A stretch of DNA of 64,000 nt from positions 1 through 64,000 of the IMG/VR virus record IMGVR_UViG_3300029969_000013. One strand, 5' to 3'. The position numbers and the translations under genes were made by a program. This stretch comes from a virus (Duplodnaviria; Caudoviricetes). Of this stretch, positions 29,747 through 40,136 are shown in pieces. Position 1 is the first letter of the stretch, and each line of letters opens with the position of its first letter. Under the pieces are notes generated by a model, which worked only from the letters and a program-made list of their open reading frames with translations, made no database searches and was not told the DNA's origin.

Positions 29747-30046
29747 ATGATTACATATGGATTTGCAAAAGGATATAAGTATGCAGGTGACGGTACACTT
29801 TTGATACGTGTGCGAATTCCGTCAGTTCATGGGCCATATATGCAGTCTGACTCTAATGGTAAGAAACTTAGAAATTATGTTATGGATAATGATCTACCTT
29901 GGTACACATCAGTATTGTTACCACATATGCCGCATGAAGGTGAAGTAGTAGCTGTATCATCACTTAACAAAGGGAATAGTGATTTTATCGTCATTGGTCT
30001 AACAGGTGGTAGTTATAGTGCTGGTGCTACAAATTTAGGAGGGTGA
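29747..30046 (+). CDS. Baseplate spike OB-fold protein (gp5/gpV N-terminal-like)
   Basis: IRVRIPSVHG and MPHEGEVVAV motifs. Confidence 0.65.
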   Translation: MITYGFAKGYKYAGDGTLLIRVRIPSVHGPYMQSDSNGKKLRNYVMDNDLPWYTSVLLPHMPHEGEVVAVSSLNKGNSDFIVIGLTGGSYSAGATNLGG

Positions 30047-30051
30047 TATCA

Positions 30052-30501
30052 ATGACAAATTCATTATCGTTTCCAAATATGTTTGATGTAGCTCGTAATA
30101 AGGTAGGTGTTATATCAGATAATGAATCTATTGTAAACAGATCTAGATTACTGATACTTACAGAGCCAACAGAGTTATATCATAATCCAGATTTTGGTGT
30201 AGGTTTAAAACGACATCTATGGCATTACAACACTGAAAATGAAAAAGCTATAATGAAAGATCGTATAGTTGATCAGCTACGATTGCATGAACCTTGCTGT
30301 GTTCCTGATAAAACATCTTTTGCAGATGGTCTATTATTCACAGGTGTAGAAGATGACAATACATATCAGAAATATAATCGTATTACTATGACAGTAGGTA
30401 TAAAGACTATATTTGGTGATGATGTAACAGTAGAGCTTCAAGATTTACAGTCTATAATAGATGCCGGTCAGCTTCGGTACAAGGATATGCTATCCGATTA
30501 A
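30052..30501 (+). CDS. Baseplate wedge protein gp25-like
   Basis: ILTEPTELYHNPDFGVGLKRHLW..LRLHEP. Confidence 0.8.
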   Translation: MTNSLSFPNMFDVARNKVGVISDNESIVNRSRLLILTEPTELYHNPDFGVGLKRHLWHYNTENEKAIMKDRIVDQLRLHEPCCVPDKTSFADGLLFTGVEDDNTYQKYNRITMTVGIKTIFGDDVTVELQDLQSIIDAGQLRYKDMLSD

Positions 30502-30521
30502 GAAAGGAAGGTCGATTTTGA

Positions 30522-32504
30522 ATGTCAGATAGATCTAAAGGGCTAATAAAATACACAAGCCGAGATTATAATTCTATTGTTGAAGAGTTTTGGAATTTAG
30601 TACCTAAACTCACTGAATTATGGAAACCTGAAGCTGATGCTGATCCTGGTGTAGTACTTGGAAAATATCTTGCAAGTATTGCAGATATGCTCGGTGTAAA
30701 CCTAGATTGGCTTGCAAATGAAATATTTGGTCCATCTGTTACTCAAAGGAAAAATGCAGAAAAGATATTTGGATTAGTAGGTTATACTCTTGGTTGGTAT
30801 ACAGCTGCAAGAACAGAGGTTACGTTTGTGAATAATCTTGAAAATCCAATAACCCTTGATTTTGGATTCAATGGAGAAAATTTCTGCACATTGAATGCTT
30901 ATACAGATATAACACAGCAACCACGTGTTATAACATATAACATTCTACCTCGTACAAGTGAATATGGTGCACAAGAGACACGTAGTAAGCGTGAGATAAT
31001 TGCATCAGCTGTCGATACTTTTGAAGAGTATGATCAGGTTACATTGCAACCTGGCGAAAAAGTAACACGTGTAGCGATAGAGGGTGAGCTTAGACAAGTA
31101 TCTTATAAAGTATCAGAAGTTAAAGATAACAATTACATCATAAAATTACCTTCTCAGCACATAGACACTACAGCTGTTTGGATGAAAGCTCGAACTTCAT
31201 TGAATTTTTCTGATGGCTATGAACGTACTAACTGGAAGCAAGTAGCGTCTGCATCTGAATTTGTAACACCTGAACCAAGATTCGCTGTTACATATGATAA
31301 CTACAGCAATGCTCAAATACAAGTATCTAACTATTTAAATCAGCTTGAAAATTACAATGACAATTACTTAACAGTATATTGGATTGAGTGTTCAGGTGCA
31401 ATTGGTTCTGTAAGTGAAAATGTACTTGGTAACTTTCAACCAGCTAAACCCGCTGGATATGGTGGAAGTGAAAATCCTACAAGTATGGATGGCATCTTAA
31501 TATCTAATCTATCAAATACTACAGAAATACCACATACACATACAGTAACAGGTAAGAGCCCTGAAACTGCTAAGGAAGCTTATGTGAATAGTAGAAACTA
31601 TGTAAACACTTGGGATAGTTTAATTACTATTCCAGATTATAATAGATTCATAAAACGTGAGCCTGGAATTGACTGCGGTACAGTTATAGATTGTCAGAAA
31701 GCATTGGAAATTAATCTTGCTATATATAAGAACAAGTCTTTGACTGATGCACAAAAATCTAAAATGTACATCACATATCATGACTTTCCTGAGAATGAAA
31801 CTGATATGTTTGATTGGGAGAATATCCTTAAGTTAGGATTTGACCCAGAAGACCCTAATAAGTTTGTATTTTCGACAAATTTCAAAACATATACTGCAAT
31901 GTGTTTTGCAATTTATAATGATTTTGAATCAGTATCATATGGACAAAATACTATTGCAACTATCAATAAACCTAATCCAACTTGGGAGACACCTGTAACA
32001 GAGTCTGCACTATTTAAACGATATAAGTTACCAGGTGAGGTTATAACTGGAATCTTACGTGATTATGCTCCTATAGGTGCAATGTCAGTTGAATTGCAAT
32101 TTGGATATGCTAGAATATTCCCTTGGTATATAGTTGGAGAAATTTATCCAAAGAATCCAGTTTCATCAGATGTGGCATCTAATATTATCGCTCGAGTAAA
32201 GGAAGCATTAGCATTGTATTTTTCACCTGCTAATCGTGAATTTGGTCAGAAGCCTACAATCATGGAAGTAGTAGATGTTATTGAAAACGCAGATAGCAGA
32301 ATCAAGTACTTTGATGCAGGTAGTTTAAATAATCCAGTAATTGTATACAAAGAATTTGTTAAGAATCAATATGGAAATACTATGCATATCGCATATGATA
32401 TTGAATATTTCAATCCTATTTCATTCGCACAGTATAAAGATCCAGGAGCATTAGCAACTAATCCTAACTTACGAATTGCACCTGATTGGGTACTTTCTAA
32501 ATAA
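30522..32504 (+). CDS. Baseplate wedge protein (T4 gp6/baseplate J-like)
   Basis: YTSRDYNSI..DPGVVL..SVTQRKN..LITIPDY. Confidence 0.8.
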   Translation: MSDRSKGLIKYTSRDYNSIVEEFWNLVPKLTELWKPEADADPGVVLGKYLASIADMLGVNLDWLANEIFGPSVTQRKNAEKIFGLVGYTLGWYTAARTEVTFVNNLENPITLDFGFNGENFCTLNAYTDITQQPRVITYNILPRTSEYGAQETRSKREIIASAVDTFEEYDQVTLQPGEKVTRVAIEGELRQVSYKVSEVKDNNYIIKLPSQHIDTTAVWMKARTSLNFSDGYERTNWKQVASASEFVTPEPRFAVTYDNYSNAQIQVSNYLNQLENYNDNYLTVYWIECSGAIGSVSENVLGNFQPAKPAGYGGSENPTSMDGILISNLSNTTEIPHTHTVTGKSPETAKEAYVNSRNYVNTWDSLITIPDYNRFIKREPGIDCGTVIDCQKALEINLAIYKNKSLTDAQKSKMYITYHDFPENETDMFDWENILKLGFDPEDPNKFVFSTNFKTYTAMCFAIYNDFESVSYGQNTIATINKPNPTWETPVTESALFKRYKLPGEVITGILRDYAPIGAMSVELQFGYARIFPWYIVGEIYPKNPVSSDVASNIIARVKEALALYFSPANREFGQKPTIMEVVDVIENADSRIKYFDAGSLNNPVIVYKEFVKNQYGNTMHIAYDIEYFNPISFAQYKDPGALATNPNLRIAPDWVLSK

Positions 32505-32515
32505 GGAGGCTAACA

Positions 32516-33775
32516 ATGGATATCAAAAATATATCATTACCTGAGATATATAAAGAGAGTGAAGATTTCAGATTTTTCTGTAAATGGTTTAGAACAGCTC
32601 TTGATAAAATAAAATATGACACAGAAAATTTTTTCGACTTATATGACCCATTACGTTGCCCAGAGGAGTTACTCTGGGCTCTTGCTGATACAATGGGGTA
32701 CAAATATGATGATCGTCTTCCAACATCTTTCAATCGATTAGTGTTACTATATTTTATGTCTATGATACGAAATCGTGGAAGTAAAGATGGTGTAACTCTT
32801 GCAGCTGAAACTAATTTAGCTCAATTTACTATATTGATGAGAGCTCAGGGTTATACAGACGAGTATGGAGATAAACATGACGGTAAAGAGATTCTATATA
32901 ATCGACTTGAGGATACATCTATACCTGTAAATTCTGTATATGTAACACCGCATACAGAGGCTGGGTATATTGATGTAGTTTACTTTTCTACAAAAGTTCC
33001 TTTAGACGCTTGTATTGAATATGTTAGGCCTTTAGGAATGTTCTTGTTCCAGACAGCTGGTGTTCGTTTTGATGCACGTACTAAGATCACAGTAGATGCT
33101 CGACTTACGCATACAGCAGAGCTTGGAATCTCTATTGGTCCTACACACGTTGGACATTATCGTAGAGAAGATTATGCACGTTTACAGAAGACTATAGACA
33201 ATGCTCCTAATATGCCTGTAAATGATAAATCACATGTTAGAAAACCTGTATGGTATAGAAATAGTGATTATGAAGATACTAAATTTGGAGATGCTTCATA
33301 TGGTAGTGGTGCTGGTAAGTATCCTGATGGAGATGGTCCTGGTTGTGATCCTGGATATCGTTCTTTATTCTCACTACAGATGTCTAATAATGAAGAAATT
33401 GTAAAATCCTTGATTGATCCAATTTTCAGCTTAGGATATGAACCTCAGTCTATATCTACACAAATTCCTCTAGATTATCTGAATCCTCCATATAGAAATA
33501 CTGATAGGCCTAGAGTTAATCTACGTTATGATAAACACATGGACGAGCTGTCTACACCTGGTATTAAGTTGGGTGAATATGATGTTGTAACTGTTGATAA
33601 TACACGTAGTAAGAATGTATTGAATCCAAGACCAGCAGTTAATCCAGTTATGTCATCATTAGGAGATTCTATAGCTATAAATGATACAAACACTAAGTAT
33701 ACAAAAGCAGATTCCGATGGTAATATAACTACTGAGAGTGTATTAGATGGTGATCTTGTTCCTGATAATTCTTGA
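32516..33775 (+). CDS. Baseplate protein (gpI/gp7-like)
   Basis: YDPLRCPEELLWALADTMGY..RNRGSKDGV. Confidence 0.7.
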   Translation: MDIKNISLPEIYKESEDFRFFCKWFRTALDKIKYDTENFFDLYDPLRCPEELLWALADTMGYKYDDRLPTSFNRLVLLYFMSMIRNRGSKDGVTLAAETNLAQFTILMRAQGYTDEYGDKHDGKEILYNRLEDTSIPVNSVYVTPHTEAGYIDVVYFSTKVPLDACIEYVRPLGMFLFQTAGVRFDARTKITVDARLTHTAELGISIGPTHVGHYRREDYARLQKTIDNAPNMPVNDKSHVRKPVWYRNSDYEDTKFGDASYGSGAGKYPDGDGPGCDPGYRSLFSLQMSNNEEIVKSLIDPIFSLGYEPQSISTQIPLDYLNPPYRNTDRPRVNLRYDKHMDELSTPGIKLGEYDVVTVDNTRSKNVLNPRPAVNPVMSSLGDSIAINDTNTKYTKADSDGNITTESVLDGDLVPDNS

Positions 33776-33808
33776 TATAACCTTTAATAATTGTATAGAG
33801 GTGATAAT

Positions 33809-34078
33809 ATGCCTACAGCTATATTCAAAGAAAAATTTCCAAAAGTAGGACAAGGTCCAGCTATTAAGGTGAGTGAAGATTCTAATGTAGTAGATGCTAA
33901 AGCAAAGGCAAAAGATGATGTAGGATTTACACATCCAAACTTGCATCGAAGAATAAATACACCACCAGACGGCACGTTACATCATAAATATGAATTAGGT
34001 ATTCAGAGTGTTGATTCGTTTAGGACTACAGAAACTATAACGCATGATGAAGAATCGACTACATCTGAAATACCTTGA
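33809..34078 (+). CDS. Hypothetical protein
   Basis: GAGGTGA SD, preceded by the class A promoter motif. Confidence 0.6.
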   Translation: MPTAIFKEKFPKVGQGPAIKVSEDSNVVDAKAKAKDDVGFTHPNLHRRINTPPDGTLHHKYELGIQSVDSFRTTETITHDEESTTSEIP

Positions 34079-34096
34079 TATGAAAGTAGGTGATTA

Positions 34097-36421
34097 TTGT
34101 TGAAACTTGATGCTGTTCAATGTTCGAAAAATCTAGGAGTTAAATACAACGTAACATTTAGAATATTAGATGAAGCAACAGGTCAGTTAGTTTCTGAACA
34201 TATCGGTCATAATCAAGCTACAAATTCAATGTTAACTGGTATTGCACATTATCTTAAAGGTGATGGTGTTCTCAATCAAGCAAAATATATGTTATCTAGA
34301 CATATTCCTAGATACATATCTCTTGGTACTATGGGGCTATTCTCTCAAGATGAGGAAGTTGTTGCTGTGCCTACCGATCAGGGTAAAATTGAATATGTAA
34401 ACACTGGACTACCTGCAGGTATAGGTGACAAGTTATATGAAGATGATGGTGTTACAGTACGAAGTGAAGTAGATCGATTCAAATCATATATAGCTACTAT
34501 GCCAGGATATGGTGCAGATGGTTATGATAGCAATCGCAATAACAATAGAAAGTATATGGGATTAGGTCCTGTATTTGCAAACAGAGCTTCTGCAAATACT
34601 GAGAATCCTAAAACTGTAGATTGTGAATTAATATCTGATACGTTTCCAAGAGCTGCTATTTCATATAGAGAAATTGTACCTGAAACCCATTCTGAAATTT
34701 CAGAAACTATTGATATTATATATAGTGCTATGATATCAACTGGTGCACTTGCACAATTCAGAGAGCCTGATAAGGATTATGTATTCATAACAGAATCAGG
34801 TTTATGGTCTTCTGATGTATGGACAAGTGGTGCAAGTAACGGCTTATTAGCTGGATATAGAATTGTTCCGCCTGATGAGAAAAATTGGGATATGACTAAG
34901 GAAGCTAATCGTGAGCTTCTCAAACGTAATATCTTGAAAGTTCGTAAGAATCAAGTTGTTCAAGTAATATGGAAAATTCAGTTAGGTTCACATCGTCAGC
35001 TGATTGGTAAAGATATGCATTGTGATTGTACATGTCCATCTCCTGATTGTCCTTGTCATGGTGGTCAAGATCCAAAGCCTGAATATCCAAAGATCTCTTT
35101 GAATATTGTACAAACTAATGTTATGTTGAATCCTGGTGAATCTGCTACATTAGATTTAGATATAACTACTACTGCTGCTGAAGGAAGCACACCTATTACA
35201 GAACGTTGGACACCTACATCTTTTACTAAAGTTATATGGTCTTCAAGTAATCCTTCAATTATATCAGTTGATACTGCTGGTAAAGTTACAGCATTAGCAT
35301 CTGGTGAAGTTTCAATTGTAGCTAAACTTTCATCTGATAATGCTATATACGATACGTGTACTGCAATAAGTAAAGTTGATTTGCCGATTGATGAGGAATC
35401 TATTGCATATGCTATGTTTTCTACTGGTAGTATGTATTTAGGTGCTCGTGTTCAAGTTACAGCTAATCAGCTTGCAGTTAAAGAGCAGCTCATATGGGAA
35501 GCATCTGGTAATCCTGATGGCGTTATAACTGGAGTTGGATCAAATGCTGGTATGTATCTATTATGTGATAATACATCAGAGTCTAGGCCATCAGTAGTGT
35601 CTAATGGTTGGAACTATTTTGATATAAATGTATTTGCACCTGATACTATAACATATTCTTTGTCTAATTATACAACACCTGATGGTATATATCGTGGAGG
35701 TTCATTACATAAGCTTCCTAATGATTATGTTATGCCTTCTATTCGACTCATAAATGTTGCATATAACTTACAAACGTTAGAACATATTGATGCTACACTT
35801 GGATATACAGTTGTTATAACTGAAGAGCTTGCAACAATTTTATCCCCTACACAGCCAAGTAGCTCTAGCATATTCACGCAAGTGTCATTGTCAGACGGAA
35901 GGAAGATTTCAGGCTATTTAGTAGGTACAATTAATTCCACAAATGTAACTGCTACTTACACAGAAAATGGATCTACAGCTTCTAAAATATTACATGGCTA
36001 CGGATCTATACACATGAATTCATCTGAAAATTCACAAGTTCATATATACATAGAACCTGGAAACTACGCGATATATCAACTTCTGCATAGTGGAAATTTT
36101 GGATATTTTGAGTTTGTAAGTGCTACACCTACTACTCCAGTTCTCTTATATGTACAAGAACGTGTTCAATTATCAGATGATGGATACATTATAAATAACG
36201 GAAATAGTCGGTCAGGGTTGATATATTGTAATGGTGGAAATCTTATAGAGTCGGATGGTAATTCATATCCATCATTTATTTGTGGTACACATAGTGATAT
36301 CAGATTGTATGTAGAGGCACCTAATGGAACAATTAACATACGTAATGATTCAGTTGTTAGAGGATGCTTGTATGCTGATAACATTGTATTAGGTAACGAT
36401 GTACAAGTTATCATTGAATAG
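34097..36421 (+). CDS. Tail fibre/receptor-binding protein with Ig-like (BIG2) domain
   Basis: N-terminal baseplate-attachment-like region; VIWSSSNPSIISVDTAGKVTALASGEVSIVA; beta-helix-like C-terminus. Confidence 0.7.
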   Translation: MLKLDAVQCSKNLGVKYNVTFRILDEATGQLVSEHIGHNQATNSMLTGIAHYLKGDGVLNQAKYMLSRHIPRYISLGTMGLFSQDEEVVAVPTDQGKIEYVNTGLPAGIGDKLYEDDGVTVRSEVDRFKSYIATMPGYGADGYDSNRNNNRKYMGLGPVFANRASANTENPKTVDCELISDTFPRAAISYREIVPETHSEISETIDIIYSAMISTGALAQFREPDKDYVFITESGLWSSDVWTSGASNGLLAGYRIVPPDEKNWDMTKEANRELLKRNILKVRKNQVVQVIWKIQLGSHRQLIGKDMHCDCTCPSPDCPCHGGQDPKPEYPKISLNIVQTNVMLNPGESATLDLDITTTAAEGSTPITERWTPTSFTKVIWSSSNPSIISVDTAGKVTALASGEVSIVAKLSSDNAIYDTCTAISKVDLPIDEESIAYAMFSTGSMYLGARVQVTANQLAVKEQLIWEASGNPDGVITGVGSNAGMYLLCDNTSESRPSVVSNGWNYFDINVFAPDTITYSLSNYTTPDGIYRGGSLHKLPNDYVMPSIRLINVAYNLQTLEHIDATLGYTVVITEELATILSPTQPSSSSIFTQVSLSDGRKISGYLVGTINSTNVTATYTENGSTASKILHGYGSIHMNSSENSQVHIYIEPGNYAIYQLLHSGNFGYFEFVSATPTTPVLLYVQERVQLSDDGYIINNGNSRSGLIYCNGGNLIESDGNSYPSFICGTHSDIRLYVEAPNGTINIRNDSVVRGCLYADNIVLGNDVQVIIE

Positions 36422-36432
36422 AGGTGAGATAT

Positions 36433-36771
36433 ATGGATGAAATTATGTTTACACCTGCAGCTGTATTGGATCTTCTGACCCAAATTGAAGAGTTACGTGG
36501 GTATGATATTGGTATAGATGATTCTTCTAATATGCTACGAGTTACAATTGGAGATTCAATTTACAACATAAATACTCGTAATACAACTGACATATCTGTA
36601 GATGAATCTGTCGTAGATGATGTTGAACTTGTAAATCAATCAGCTTATGATAATTTATCAGATTCTGGTGAAGTTGAACTTGAGCCAATTAATTCTGGGT
36701 TGATAAAACAAGTAGCAAAAACTCTATTAGTTGGCGGTCTTGTCAGACTAACTGCAAAGCTTTTGAAGTAA
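36433..36771 (+). CDS. Acidic hypothetical protein in the head module
   Basis: GAGGTGA SD. Confidence 0.65.
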   Translation: MDEIMFTPAAVLDLLTQIEELRGYDIGIDDSSNMLRVTIGDSIYNINTRNTTDISVDESVVDDVELVNQSAYDNLSDSGEVELEPINSGLIKQVAKTLLVGGLVRLTAKLLK

Positions 36772-36784
36772 GGAGTGATTTTAT

Positions 36785-38125
36785 ATGAGGGCACGTGTAA
36801 AAGATAAGCCTATAATTGATGCATCAGATACACCCATATTAGGTACATATGAAGGTGAAGCATTAGATACTAATATTACAAACAACAATGGTTTGGATAT
36901 TACTGCAGAGGTAATTAAACAAGTTTTAGCATCTGACGAATATGCACAAGGTCTTGAAAACGGTTGGTTCATCGGATTCCTAGGTCATCCAGAAGATCCA
37001 AACTGTATGGATTTTAAAGATGGATGTATTGTATTAACTGATATGTCAATAGATGATAACGGCAAAGTTTATGCTAAATTTAATCTTATTGATACACCAG
37101 TAGGTAGAATTGTAAAGACTCTTCAAGATGCTGGAGTAGTATTTGGAATTTCTATAAGAGGGGCTGGAGATATTGTAGGTAACTCTGTAGACCCAGATAC
37201 TTTTGTATTTAGGGGATATGACCTTGTTTCATTTCCAGCATATCCAGACTCTATTCCTACATTTACAGCAATTGCAGCTTCTACTAATCTAGAAGACAGA
37301 AAGAAGTATCAAGCTGTATGTGCAGCTGTTAAAAATAATCTGTCTACTATAACAAGTGCATCTACTATAGATGTATTGAAATCTCAATTTGCACCTCAGT
37401 CAAATGAATATAAGTTGCTAGAATCTAGACAGACTGAGCTAGATGTTGACATTGTAGATGATGTAAATGCACAGAAGATAGAAGCAATGACTCAGCTGTA
37501 TTTAGATGCAATGCAAAATGTAACTTCGTTGGCGAAACAGCTTGAATCTGAAAAGAGACAAAATGCTTCTATATCATCTGCAACTCGTCGTAAATTAGCA
37601 GCTGTTGAAAGAATAACTGCAAGTCAGCTGCACGATGCTCTTTCTGAATTAGATTCTATAAAGGCATCTTATAGGGATATGAAGCATAAGAATGCTATAT
37701 TAGGTGCTAAATTATCTGAAGTAAAAAAGACTAACCTTATATATAAACAGAAGGTAGAATCAAGTACATCCGAACTCAGAAAGAAGAGTAGAATTATTGC
37801 AAGTCTTCAAAGGGAGCTTAGTGAAACCGTCACAGCAAGTTCTAAGATCAAGGCAAGCGCATCTAACCTAGGTGTAAGTAATGAACGTCTTCAAGATGAG
37901 GTGAACATTTATAAAAATCAGCTTGATTCTTATCAACAAGCTTATGCAAGTATGTATGCTGCTGCAGTTGGTGTAGATCCAGGACATCTTCCTATCACAT
38001 CTTCTACGTCTATAGAAGATTTACAAGATATGATTGAAAATGCAACAAATACAGCAGGAATGTCTTCGATGATAGAACCTGTATATATCGAAGATGAAGA
38101 TGATACAGATATTGCAACCTTGTAA
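36785..38125 (+). CDS. Prohead maturation protease fused to a coiled-coil scaffold domain
   Basis: GFLGHPEDP (His), GISIRGAG (Ser), YDLVSFPAY as in T4 gp21/HK97-clan proteases; long coiled-coil C-terminus. Confidence 0.85.
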   Translation: MRARVKDKPIIDASDTPILGTYEGEALDTNITNNNGLDITAEVIKQVLASDEYAQGLENGWFIGFLGHPEDPNCMDFKDGCIVLTDMSIDDNGKVYAKFNLIDTPVGRIVKTLQDAGVVFGISIRGAGDIVGNSVDPDTFVFRGYDLVSFPAYPDSIPTFTAIAASTNLEDRKKYQAVCAAVKNNLSTITSASTIDVLKSQFAPQSNEYKLLESRQTELDVDIVDDVNAQKIEAMTQLYLDAMQNVTSLAKQLESEKRQNASISSATRRKLAAVERITASQLHDALSELDSIKASYRDMKHKNAILGAKLSEVKKTNLIYKQKVESSTSELRKKSRIIASLQRELSETVTASSKIKASASNLGVSNERLQDEVNIYKNQLDSYQQAYASMYAAAVGVDPGHLPITSSTSIEDLQDMIENATNTAGMSSMIEPVYIEDEDDTDIATL

Positions 38126-38173
38126 TAACTATAACCTTATATGTAATTAAATAAATATTAGGAGTGATTCTAT

Positions 38174-39649
38174 ATGGCAATTAAGAGATCGTCTCGTAGA
38201 CCTATTGCGTCTAGCGTAAATAGACGTAGACCTATTACAGCTGGTACAAGCATTACTTCTGGTGCTAGAAGTAAGAAAGCTCCAAATTCTAAGATAATGG
38301 CAAGCTTCAATGCATTGAATCCAGCACAGAGAGCATTTGTTCGTCAGCTGCAGTCAACATGTCGTAAGCATTCATCTATCATGGGTGCAACTAATACATC
38401 TAATATTGCTGCAAGACCTGAATTCATGGAACTCCTTCCATTATTCGTTCAGAAGCTGCTTATTCTTGATGTATTCGGATCTGTTGCAATGAAGTCCAGA
38501 CAGCAGATGATTCCGTATTTCAAGTTTATAGCTGAAAACACTAAAGGTGAAACTGCTAAGGGTACAATCTTGTCAAGCCCAATGGTTCAGAGACAGGGTC
38601 TTGATCCAAACTTCACAGGACGTGTTGTTAAGAATGAAGTTATCGGTTCGGGTGTGCTTACAGCAGCTGCTGATACAGTTATTGCATCGTTTGCATATCT
38701 TCCTGTACTTCCTGGTTCTGTTACAATCGAAACAAATAAGAGCGGTACTACTACATCTTATGTAGATAATGGCCTTGGTGAAATTCTTGACAGCACACAG
38801 ACTACAATTGCTAATATCAACTACAGCACAGGCGAAATTACACCTGTTACAGCTGGTGTTACACCTCTTACACTCGCAAGCGGCGATACAATGAAGGCTA
38901 CATATCAGTATGACAATGAGACTGTAGGCCCAAATGCCGAAGGTAATTACGGTGCTCAGATGGGTAAGGGTTATCTACAGCTTGATGAATTCAATCTTAT
39001 TGCTGAAGCACATCAGCTTGCTTGCTACTGGTCAATCTATTCTGCATTTGCAGCTCAGACAGAATACGGCAGCAACATTGCAGATGTTGCCAAGGAAGCA
39101 GCATTCTCTGAACTTACAGCTGAGATTAACACAAAAGGCTTCCAGGAACTTGAAAAGGCTGCAAGCTTCAAGCCGCAGTATAACTGGGATGCATCTCCAG
39201 TTCTTACAGGTTCTGTTGTGCCTTCTGATTATCTCAACATGTTCAAGCTCAAGCTGAACCAGGCATCTTCTGCTATTTATCAGGCAACTAATCTGTCACG
39301 TGGTAACAGACTTGTAGTCGGTTCTAACGTAGCTGCTTATGTTGCAATGATTGATAACTTCGTTGCAGACAGCACAGAAGATACAGTAGGTCCATATAAG
39401 CTTGGTCGTCTTGATCAGTTTGAAATTTATGTAGATCCTGCTTACGATCCTAATAAGTGGGTAATGTGCTGCAAGTCTAACGACATTAGACGTAACTCTG
39501 CACTGTTTGGTGAGTACATGCCATTCACAGATACACAGGCAATTGGTCTTGCTAACTCTAGCGTTCAGCAGGGCTACGCTACAATGTATGCTATGAAGGT
39601 TGTAAACCCAGCAACAGTTGTCAGTGGTAAGATTACAGGCGTATTTTAA
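38174..39649 (+). CDS. Major capsid protein (T4 gp23-like) with basic propeptide
   Basis: EAHQLACYWSIYSAF, ELTAEIN, GYATMYAM motifs; directly after the protease; optimised codons. Confidence 0.88.
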   Translation: MAIKRSSRRPIASSVNRRRPITAGTSITSGARSKKAPNSKIMASFNALNPAQRAFVRQLQSTCRKHSSIMGATNTSNIAARPEFMELLPLFVQKLLILDVFGSVAMKSRQQMIPYFKFIAENTKGETAKGTILSSPMVQRQGLDPNFTGRVVKNEVIGSGVLTAAADTVIASFAYLPVLPGSVTIETNKSGTTTSYVDNGLGEILDSTQTTIANINYSTGEITPVTAGVTPLTLASGDTMKATYQYDNETVGPNAEGNYGAQMGKGYLQLDEFNLIAEAHQLACYWSIYSAFAAQTEYGSNIADVAKEAAFSELTAEINTKGFQELEKAASFKPQYNWDASPVLTGSVVPSDYLNMFKLKLNQASSAIYQATNLSRGNRLVVGSNVAAYVAMIDNFVADSTEDTVGPYKLGRLDQFEIYVDPAYDPNKWVMCCKSNDIRRNSALFGEYMPFTDTQAIGLANSSVQQGYATMYAMKVVNPATVVSGKITGVF

Positions 39650-39694
39650 TTAATACGCCTACCAATACAATTATAATGACGGAGGTTATGCAAT

Positions 39695-40102
39695 ATGGCA
39701 ACTTATAAGATTAAGATCACCTATAATGGTCCTGCAAAGCCTGAAAGTATTCGCTTTGTAGCTCCAATTTGTCCTATTTACTGCCCTTGCAATAGTTATA
39801 CAGATACCGCAGGATATGACGGCACTGTATATGATACTAATGTTAAAGGCTTCGGCGAAATTGATGTTATGGAGCCTTATGCTTCTACATCATTCCCATT
39901 CCCAGTACCGCTTGCACAGTTCAAGGTAGCTGTTATTGGTACACCTGTTACTGCATCTGATCCGGACGGTCCTAAGTATGTTGAATTTGATGTTGACACA
40001 TACATGGAAGCATTCTGGTACAAGCAGGCCGGCGTTGCTCTTGCCGATCAAGGCTTCGTAGTAGAAGTTACAGAAAATAAACCGGCAGCTGGTAATTCCT
40101 AA
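39695..40102 (+). CDS. Putative capsid decoration/structural protein
   Basis: Directly after the capsid gene, strong SD, optimised codons. Confidence 0.45.
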   Translation: MATYKIKITYNGPAKPESIRFVAPICPIYCPCNSYTDTAGYDGTVYDTNVKGFGEIDVMEPYASTSFPFPVPLAQFKVAVIGTPVTASDPDGPKYVEFDVDTYMEAFWYKQAGVALADQGFVVEVTENKPAAGNS

Positions 40103-40136
40103 TCAATTCAATCTTGTTTGTAAGGAGGTCTAACAT

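Noticed and set aside
34097-36421. Diversity-generating retroelement target
   Set aside because: No template/variable repeat pair and no reverse transcriptase in the window
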